Shown here: piece by piece, positions 57,661 to 64,000 of the stretch
Layout of the letters: every line of letters starts with the position of its first letter
Numbering within the stretch: the first letter of the stretch is position 1
Origin: Dehalococcoidia bacterium
GTDB taxonomy: Bacteria > Chloroflexota > Dehalococcoidia > Lucifugimonadales > GCA-2712585
Length of the DNA stretch: 64,000 bases
Reading direction: 5' to 3'
NCBI GenBank assembly: GCA_965238215.1
Contig: OZ250180.1
Location: forward strand, 1,189,524 to 1,253,523
The notes under the pieces: generated by a model
Database searches by the model: none
What the model was told of the DNA's origin: nothing
The model's input: only the letters and a program-made list of their open reading frames with translations
Translations under genes and position numbers: made by a program

Positions 57661-58764
57661 ATGAACGCACTCAACGGCTCCGCGACTGGAAAAGTTATGA
57701 CCGTTAACGGTCCTATTGACCCCGCAGACGCGGGCGTTTGCATAATGCACGAACACATCTTCATCGACTTCTGGCGCGACAAGGAGCCGGGCTTCAACGC
57801 TCCGGCCACGGACGTGGCCCACTGGAACGAGAAGCTTACGCTGGATAACCTCTACCTGGCCCGAAACCACAAGCCAATCAAGGACAACTATATGCTCACC
57901 GACGAGGGAGTGGCCGCGAAAGACCTGATGGCCTACCGCAACCTGGGCGGCACAACGGTCGTCGAGGTTAGCAACATCGGGCTTGGGAGGGACCCCCTGG
58001 CCCTGCAGCGGGTCTCCAACGCCACCGGCCTGAACATTGTGATGGGTTCCGGCTGGTACCAGAAGTTCTACCACCCCAAAGACATGGACGAGCGCACGGT
58101 GGAAGACCTGACCGAGGAGATTATCCGGGACTTGACCGTCGGCGTGGGGAACACCGGAGTGCGCTCCGGCATCATCGGAGAGGTTGGCGTCAACGGCAAC
58201 CCGCTGACACCCAATGAGGAGAAGAGCATCCGCGCCTCGGGCCGGGCCAGCCAAGCCACGGGCGCCGCAATCACCTTCCACAGCGGAGGCACCGGCCGAG
58301 AAAAGTTCCAGGTTGCCAAATGGCTACAGGAAGAGGGCACTGACCTGACGCGTACTATCTACGGCCACAGCAACTCCTACGCCGGCGAGGTGGACTTGCT
58401 TCTGGAGTTGCTTGAGCTTGGCGTATACGTGCAGTTCGACACGCTGGGGCGGGTGATGGCCCCGGTGGCACGGAAGCCAATTACGCTGGCGCCGCCCAAG
58501 CCCGCGGACCCACAGGTGGCCGCCGACGCTCTCGTCGCCGAGTGCATTCCCCAGCTGCTGGAGGCGGGATACGAGGACCGGCTTCTACTCTCCCAAGACG
58601 TGTGCATGAAGATGCACATGCATGCCTACGGCGGGACCGGCTACACCTTTGTCCTGGAGAAGTTCCTGCCCTACCTGAGACACCTGGGCGTGACTGAGGA
58701 GCAGGTGCACAAGATGATGGTTGCAAACCCCCGCCGGGTGCTGACGCTGGTGGAACCGGGGTAG
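57661..58764 (+). CDS. Phosphotriesterase-family (PTE/PHP) metal hydrolase
   Basis: MHEHIFIDF (HxH), GIIGEVG, ITFHSGG, YGHSN, LLSQDVC. Confidence 0.85.
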   Translation: MNALNGSATGKVMTVNGPIDPADAGVCIMHEHIFIDFWRDKEPGFNAPATDVAHWNEKLTLDNLYLARNHKPIKDNYMLTDEGVAAKDLMAYRNLGGTTVVEVSNIGLGRDPLALQRVSNATGLNIVMGSGWYQKFYHPKDMDERTVEDLTEEIIRDLTVGVGNTGVRSGIIGEVGVNGNPLTPNEEKSIRASGRASQATGAAITFHSGGTGREKFQVAKWLQEEGTDLTRTIYGHSNSYAGEVDLLLELLELGVYVQFDTLGRVMAPVARKPITLAPPKPADPQVAADALVAECIPQLLEAGYEDRLLLSQDVCMKMHMHAYGGTGYTFVLEKFLPYLRHLGVTEEQVHKMMVANPRRVLTLVEPG

Positions 58765-58937
58765 GGGGAAACGACTTGGCTTGACGTCTCGGTCAATTCC
58801 TTCTACACTTATCAAGCAAGAGCCGGGCGTAGCTCCCCTCGGGAGTTGTGACTGGCTCTTTTCTTATAAGATTACGTTAAGTTTAGGTGGCGAAGGGCTT
58901 ATCCGCCCTTCTTACCGCCGTACATAGAAATTATTCA

Positions 58938-59357
58938 TCATTGAAGTTCATAGTCTGACCAATGAACCTCGCCCAATACCAAATCCTCTTTACTATCAAA
59001 GGTGATACGCCAATGCCGCATAATGTCTTGTCCGAGCAATGAGGGCAATCTCTCATTATTGCGGTGGGGTTTCGCAAAGAGAATCTCACTACGATAAAAG
59101 TAGCTGCCCCGTTCGGTAGGAAACGCAACAATAGCTTGCTCAACGTAACACCGCGCCGCGCCGCCTACACCACGAGTTGACACCTCGTTAGCAAATTCCT
59201 CATACCGCAAGCCTTCGCAGTCTCTGGGGTGCAAAGTAGTGGTAGAGCATCCCGTATCAGCCAAGATTGATATTTGGCGTGACCATCGTAATCTGGGTAA
59301 AAAAACCACTGCGTGAATGAAGGGCTGTCCTCTCTTATTAAACCAGCCGGTAATCAC
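58938..59357 (-). CDS. Retropepsin-like (clan AA) aspartic protease, small stand-alone type
   Basis: ILADTGCSTTTL (D-T-G active-site motif) and LLGQDIM near the C-terminus. GTG start overlaps the upstream stop (GTGA). Low-GC gene. Confidence 0.6.
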   Translation of the reverse strand: MITGWFNKRGQPFIHAVVFLPRLRWSRQISILADTGCSTTTLHPRDCEGLRYEEFANEVSTRGVGGAARCYVEQAIVAFPTERGSYFYRSEILFAKPHRNNERLPSLLGQDIMRHWRITFDSKEDLVLGEVHWSDYELQ

Positions 59358-59641
59358 AGCAGGTAATGCACGGTCTCCGCGCTTATGTAATCGTGATAGA
59401 CGTCCTCAATGGAAATGCGCTTTTCCCTTAACTTGGCAAAAAGCCCCTTCAACGTGTCCGCGTTAGCTCGCACTCCATCCTTGCTCACCGCCACCCACTG
59501 GTTGGGATAACGCTCAAGCAAATCATCATATTCTGCGTCCATTTTGCGAACTAGAGCATTACGTTCTTTCATTTTATCCATCATCGCCACTAGCCCGCCC
59601 GCTTCATTCACGATGTCGTTATAATGTTGCTGTTCAGTCAA
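59354..59641 (-). CDS. Small protein, DUF5678-like (95 aa)
   Basis: YPNQWVAVSKDGVRANADTLKGLFAKLREK resembles the G-x-WVA-i..g.vv core I associate with DUF5678 (from memory). TTG start with GGGGAG upstream. Confidence 0.5.
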   Translation of the reverse strand: MTEQQHYNDIVNEAGGLVAMMDKMKERNALVRKMDAEYDDLLERYPNQWVAVSKDGVRANADTLKGLFAKLREKRISIEDVYHDYISAETVHYLL

Positions 59642-59703
59642 CGTCTACTCCCCACAAGTATTCACATATTTCGTCTAATGAAATTATCACCATCCTCCTC
59701 TCA

Positions 59704-59732
59704 ACGATAGAATCACAGCGTCAGACTGTCAA
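59704..59732 (-). promoter_or_regulatory. Sigma70-like promoter for the DUF5678-like/protease pair
   Basis: The minus strand reads TTGACA (59732-59727), a 17-nt spacer, then TATCGT (59709-59704), about 60 nt upstream of the TTG start. Confidence 0.4.
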
Positions 59733-59749
59733 TCTTTTCGATGGGCAAT

Positions 59750-60607
59750 CTACTCCCACCCCAGGAACTGACGCTCCCATTCGGAGTAGCGTTCGGCATC
59801 CAGGGCAGCGTTCTGGATCTCTGACGAGGCGATGGAGTCCTGCAACCCTTCAGGTGCTCCGCCATCTACGAAGTGCTTCATGGCGTCGTGGAGCGCTTTC
59901 ATGGCTACAAAGAAGGGCTGATGGCCCCGGACTACTACGCGGACGCCGTTGGCCCGCAGGAAGCCCTCGTCGGCCACATCCGGCTCGTAACTGCCCATGA
60001 TTAGAGGCAGGGTTGTCACCTCTCGCACTGCCTCCAGCTGCTCACGCCTGGTGATGCCAATAAGCATCAGCCCATCTACGCCAGTATTGGCGTAGGCCGC
60101 CACCCTTTGAAGGACCTCTTCGGTGGACCGGGTGGCGGGGGCCGACGTTCGGGCGAGGACTACAAGGCTGGGGTCTCGCCGCGCGGAGACGCCCGCCCGC
60201 AGCTTGCCGACCATCTCGTCCAGGCTCACCAGTCCCAGCGAGCTCTCTCCGTAGGCCGCGGGCAGGGACGTATCCTCCAACGTCAGCGCCGAAGCCCCAG
60301 CCGCCTCCAATTCCTGTACCGTTCGCATGGCGCTCAAGGCGTTGCCGTATCCGTGGTCTGCGTCCACCAAGAGGCTCACGCCCGCCGCCCGCATAATCCT
60401 CCGAACCTGGTCTGCCAACTCCGAAAGGGTCAATATGATCACGTCCGGCGCACCAAGCACCACAGCCGAGGCTATCGATCCTCCCAAGATTCCCAGTTCT
60501 GCGCCGAGATGCCGGGCCAACCGCGCCGACACCGGGTCGAACACCGAGACCGGATAGCCTATGGAATCCCCCTCGAGATACTGTCGAAACCGCTCTCTAG
60601 GCGTCAT
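59750..60607 (-). CDS. Isocitrate lyase / PEP mutase family protein (methylisocitrate lyase / oxaloacetate decarboxylase-like)
   Basis: VFDPVSARLA, LLVDADHGYGNA, LEDT motifs. The start MTPRERF at 60607 overlaps the upstream gene by 11 nt. Confidence 0.8.
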   Translation of the reverse strand: MTPRERFRQYLEGDSIGYPVSVFDPVSARLARHLGAELGILGGSIASAVVLGAPDVIILTLSELADQVRRIMRAAGVSLLVDADHGYGNALSAMRTVQELEAAGASALTLEDTSLPAAYGESSLGLVSLDEMVGKLRAGVSARRDPSLVVLARTSAPATRSTEEVLQRVAAYANTGVDGLMLIGITRREQLEAVREVTTLPLIMGSYEPDVADEGFLRANGVRVVVRGHQPFFVAMKALHDAMKHFVDGGAPEGLQDSIASSEIQNAALDAERYSEWERQFLGWE

Positions 60608-61817
60608 GACCAACCCCCTCGTCGGCGTTAGAGTCGTCTGCACCCGGAACCCACCGTCGACCGTCCTTGATGGTGAGCGATGGGGCAAAGCGACGCTCTG
60701 CCTCTACATAGTCGCCTAACATGTCTGGGTAGCTAAATTGTCCCTCTTCCAGTTCCAGGACCGCCGCGTCTCCGGTGCTGTCCACACGGAGGCTCCCCAA
60801 CTCCTCCCAACCTATGACGGACGCCGGCTTGCTCGTGACCCGCTCTATTACCTGCTCTAAAGACATTCCCATTCCCAGGAAAATGGACATTACCTCCAGC
60901 AGGTTGTAGTTCTTGGGAGCATAGGGGGCGCAGTACCGAAGCAGGGCCGGGGCTGGAGGACAGTCGCCAACCCTGTCGGTGCTCAGTGTGTGGGGCAGTA
61001 GACCCTCCTCGATGGCCTGGCGGCATATGGGGATGGCAAAGTGCTTGGCGAAGCAGGCCGTGTCGAAGACGACGCCGTTTTCGTAGGCCTCCCATACCTC
61101 CGGCGCAACTTTGCCACGATGGTCTAGAACATTGTGCGTGTCGCCGTGGAAGATGTGGGTGGCTACGTCTCCGGGTTTCATGTGCTCAAAGACCTTCGCC
61201 AAGGGGATGGGCGACTCCATGACGTGGACCATCAACTGGGAGGAAGTTTCGTCGCAGATGCCGCGTGCCATCTCCAGGGCGGGAACGGAATTCTTCAGGG
61301 TGGTCCCGTTGGGGGTCAAGCGCACTTTCATGCCCAAGACCAGGTCCCGGTTCTCCTCGATGCACCGCATGGCCTCTTCAGACCGGGCGTAGCGGAAGTC
61401 CTCCAGGTCGGGAATCTGAATGTTTCCCGGCATGGTCCCAATGGAGGAAAGGTGAATGAAGGCGAGCAGGCGGGTGTCCACCTTCTCGATGACGTAGCTG
61501 CGGAAGCCGGGAAAGTTCATCCAACCGGTACTTCCCGCATCGATCGCGGTGGTGACGCCGATGGCTAGATTCGTTGGGTCCGGGTCCGCGCGGCCGGGTG
61601 AAATTCGATAGGCAAAGTGGCCGTGGAGGTCAATCAGCCCGGGCGCCACCAGCTTGCCTCGCACATCGACAACCTCGTCACACATGGCCGGGTCTACCCG
61701 CTCCGACACCGCCGCCACTTTGCCATCCTTGAACGCCACGTCGCGCACGCCCCGAATTCCCTGGGCCGGGTCGATGACCTCACCACCCTTGAGCATCAAG
61801 TCAAATCTATTCCCCAT
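60597..61817 (-). CDS. Amidohydrolase/deacetylase family metallohydrolase (dihydroorotase-like)
   Basis: LKGGEVIDPAQG...GLIDLHGHF N-terminal metal motif. Length ~400 aa. Confidence 0.8.
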   Translation of the reverse strand: MGNRFDLMLKGGEVIDPAQGIRGVRDVAFKDGKVAAVSERVDPAMCDEVVDVRGKLVAPGLIDLHGHFAYRISPGRADPDPTNLAIGVTTAIDAGSTGWMNFPGFRSYVIEKVDTRLLAFIHLSSIGTMPGNIQIPDLEDFRYARSEEAMRCIEENRDLVLGMKVRLTPNGTTLKNSVPALEMARGICDETSSQLMVHVMESPIPLAKVFEHMKPGDVATHIFHGDTHNVLDHRGKVAPEVWEAYENGVVFDTACFAKHFAIPICRQAIEEGLLPHTLSTDRVGDCPPAPALLRYCAPYAPKNYNLLEVMSIFLGMGMSLEQVIERVTSKPASVIGWEELGSLRVDSTGDAAVLELEEGQFSYPDMLGDYVEAERRFAPSLTIKDGRRWVPGADDSNADEGVGHDA

Positions 61818-61886
61818 TGCTTCCTACTCCTTGACCATATTCTGAGTGTTTCGAGTCCTAATTGGAACCGACGCGCCGTTGGTCCT

Positions 61887-62834
61887 CTAGCGGAGGTCGG
61901 GCAGCAGTTCCGACAGAGTCAACTCCGAAACGGCGGAGCCCAGAGCTCCGCCGACACCGTCTATTAACATGCCGACCAACCCGCCATCCGGCGATATCAG
62001 CGCGCCTCCACCCTCACCAGAGAATGCGGCGTCCGTCTGAATGATCCACCGCTCCCTCTCCCCGTCATAAAGCACCGACGAGACGATTCCTCGCGAAGCG
62101 ACCGCTCCCACTACCGATTGCGGCCTAAACTCCAAGGCCGCCACCTCAGATCCCGGTACCAGCGTCAAGGCGTCACCGAAAGACACCGGTGTCGCCGCCG
62201 TGTCGCAGCACAAACGCAGCAGCGCTACGTCTCGCGTCTCGTCCGCACCGTGAATAGTTGCCTCGTACCTCGCTCCACCGATGGTGGTTGCTTCCAACCC
62301 GTTCAGGGCAGTGACCGACTCATACCTGGCCAGCACATAGATTACGCCACTAGAACTATCCACGGCCAGCACGATTCCAGTTGCCGCCACCTCTCCCTCA
62401 TTCCCCAAGCCAGTTATGCGAACGAGTGACTTTTGAACTCCTCGAATGATTGAGGGTAGGGACGGGGTGGGTGTCGGGGTGACCGTGGGAGTTGGTTCGG
62501 GCGTAGGCTCTGGCGTAGGGGTCTCTCGGGCCTCCAGAGTCGCCAACACTCGCTCCGTCACCTCAAAAGTTATGGCCTCCATGTCCACGGTGGGAATGGG
62601 TTGGGACGTTGGCGTAGGCGGCTCGGAGCCGCGCTGCCCGGCCAAAACCCGCCTTACCACGGATTCCACGTCTGTCGTAGGCACGGGCGTGGGTGTCGGC
62701 GCGGGCGCGAGTGTTGGCGTGGGCGTATCGACAGGGGTTGCCGCCGGCATCTCCGTCGACTCGTCCCCGCTGCACGCAGAAATAACCAACGCCGCCATCA
62801 GAAATACCACAATAATCCAGCCGAGCCGAGCCAT
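61887..62834 (-). CDS. Trypsin-fold (S1C/HtrA-like) lipoprotein, possibly catalytically inactive
   Basis: Lipobox ISAC, Pro/Thr-rich linker, then a chymotrypsin-fold-like body. DVALLRL is present, but the expected GNSGGP is GEGGGA and TNAHV is ARYES. Confidence 0.65.
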   Translation of the reverse strand: MARLGWIIVVFLMAALVISACSGDESTEMPAATPVDTPTPTLAPAPTPTPVPTTDVESVVRRVLAGQRGSEPPTPTSQPIPTVDMEAITFEVTERVLATLEARETPTPEPTPEPTPTVTPTPTPSLPSIIRGVQKSLVRITGLGNEGEVAATGIVLAVDSSSGVIYVLARYESVTALNGLEATTIGGARYEATIHGADETRDVALLRLCCDTAATPVSFGDALTLVPGSEVAALEFRPQSVVGAVASRGIVSSVLYDGERERWIIQTDAAFSGEGGGALISPDGGLVGMLIDGVGGALGSAVSELTLSELLPDLR

Positions 62835-62844
62835 GCTCCGGGGC

Positions 62845-63897
62845 CTAACGCCCCATCTCCCTCGTCACCTGGGACACCGCCGTCAACGCCGCATCCACGT
62901 GGGCCGGCGTGATGTGCCGGTGAGTAACCATCCTGATGCGTCCGTAGGAAGACCCCACCTTAACCCCCTTCTCCCCCAAGCGACGGGTGAACTCCGCATC
63001 CGTGCCAAGGCCTTCCCTCAACTCGAAGAACACTATATTCGTTTGCACCGTTTCCGGGTGGTGCACGATGCCCGTGGTCTGGGCCAGGCCCTGGGACAAC
63101 CGACGGGCGCTGGAGTGGTCTTCCGCCAGCCGCTCAATCATGCTTTCCAGAGACACTATTCCCGCCGCGGCGATTATTCCCGCCTGCCGCATGCCGCCGC
63201 CGACCATCTTGCGCCAACGGCGTGCTTCCGCAATGAACTCCTGAGAGCCGCACAGCACGGAGCCGATCGGTGCACTCAAGCCCTTTGAAAGGCAAAAGGT
63301 TACGTCGTCCGCTTCTCGAACCAGCTCGTGCACCGGCGTCTCCAGATGCACTGCGGCATTGAAGATACGCGCCCCGTCCACGTGGACCGGAATGCCGTGG
63401 TCGCGGGCCACGCGACAAACCGCTTCGATCTCTTCTGTTGTCACCACGCCGCCGTTGCACTGATTCTGCGTGTTCTCCAAGCATATCAGGGTAGTCGGGG
63501 GATAGTGGGAGTCTCCACCGGGACGAATGGCGGCCTCCACCAGGTCCGCCGAAAGGGCACCCTGTGTCTCGTTGGGAACCAGGTGAGTCTGAATTCCTCC
63601 CAGAGCTGCCGCTCCTGCGCTTTCGTTCCAGAAGATGTGGGAATTCGCCCCGGCGATTATCTCGTCTCCGCTGCGACAGTGGGCCAGAATCGCGAGCAGG
63701 TTCCCCTGGGTGCCGCTGGCCACCAGCACGGCCGCCGCCTTTCCCAACCGTTCCGCTGCCATCTCCTCCAGCCGGTTGACTGTGGGGTCCTCGCCGGAAA
63801 CGTCGTCACCCAACTCGGCTTCGTAGATAGCCCGCCGCATCTCCTCGGTAGGCAAAGTTACAATGTCGCTTCGCAAATCAACCGTCATCATGGTCAT
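62845..63897 (-). CDS. ltaE: Low-specificity L-threonine aldolase (beta-eliminating lyase family, PLP)
   Basis: DLRSDIVTLPTEEMRRA, GDDVSGEDPTVN, SGTQGNL, CLSKGLSAPIGS (PLP Lys). The start at 63897 follows GGAGGGAGG. Confidence 0.85.
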   Translation of the reverse strand: MTMMTVDLRSDIVTLPTEEMRRAIYEAELGDDVSGEDPTVNRLEEMAAERLGKAAAVLVASGTQGNLLAILAHCRSGDEIIAGANSHIFWNESAGAAALGGIQTHLVPNETQGALSADLVEAAIRPGGDSHYPPTTLICLENTQNQCNGGVVTTEEIEAVCRVARDHGIPVHVDGARIFNAAVHLETPVHELVREADDVTFCLSKGLSAPIGSVLCGSQEFIAEARRWRKMVGGGMRQAGIIAAAGIVSLESMIERLAEDHSSARRLSQGLAQTTGIVHHPETVQTNIVFFELREGLGTDAEFTRRLGEKGVKVGSSYGRIRMVTHRHITPAHVDAALTAVSQVTREMGR

Positions 63898-64000
63898 GGG
63901 AGCCTCCCTCCAGAGTGTCGCTATTCTAGCAGTCCACCTTGTCAAGGCCAAGGCAGACCCCTAATATGGATAGAGGCCATGGCGACGAGAACCCCCATAC

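Noticed and set aside
57478-58281. 268-codon N-terminal extension of the ABC ATPase ORF (56557..58281).
   Set aside because: The extension overlaps the convergently read, motif-rich phosphotriesterase gene (57661..58764), has no ABC-related sequence, and the canonical ATPase begins at MNNSSIAIQVRGL (57477).

Overview
High-G+C bacterial chromosomal window with one tRNA-Ala and no rRNA. Most of it is housekeeping and catabolic genes. These include an anchor-less sdhA-sdhB plus Cys-rich CCG-subunit succinate dehydrogenase, mdh-icd, rpsU, gdhA, modABC, addAB and an NAD-dependent formate dehydrogenase. There is also a family-5 ABC binding protein, a SulP transporter, and many oxidoreductases and amidohydrolases. 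The gene content is reminiscent of marine Chloroflexota, but that is only a guess. By eye, roughly a tenth of the window is intergenic mosaic arrays of several short hairpin (REP/BIME-like) repeat families. Some are tandemised with periods of 73, 96 and about 161 bp. Two longer non-coding families are also present: a 157-bp MITE-like element and an ATTCGTT-iteron element.

The most interesting locus is a compact IS110-family element of about 1.1 kb at 5648-6751. It is inserted exactly at the CT of one hairpin+CCCCTACGG repeat copy. Its 151-nt non-coding left end folds into stem / internal-loop / hairpin modules. The loop arms of these modules match the flanking target and the element's own ends, so this is a predicted bridge (guide) RNA. 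The two element ends would also assemble a TTGACC-17-TATATT promoter only after circularisation.

Other points worth a second look:
- a tandem small-ORF cassette at the window start;
- a lipoprotein family built from an unrecognised, possibly GOLD-like domain of about 110 aa;
- a low-GC two-gene module (DUF5678-like protein plus retropepsin-like protease);
- a trypsin-fold lipoprotein with a degenerate catalytic triad;
- a DUF123 GIY-YIG nuclease gene sandwiched between repeat arrays.

All calls come from reading the sequence and ORF translations. No searches were run.
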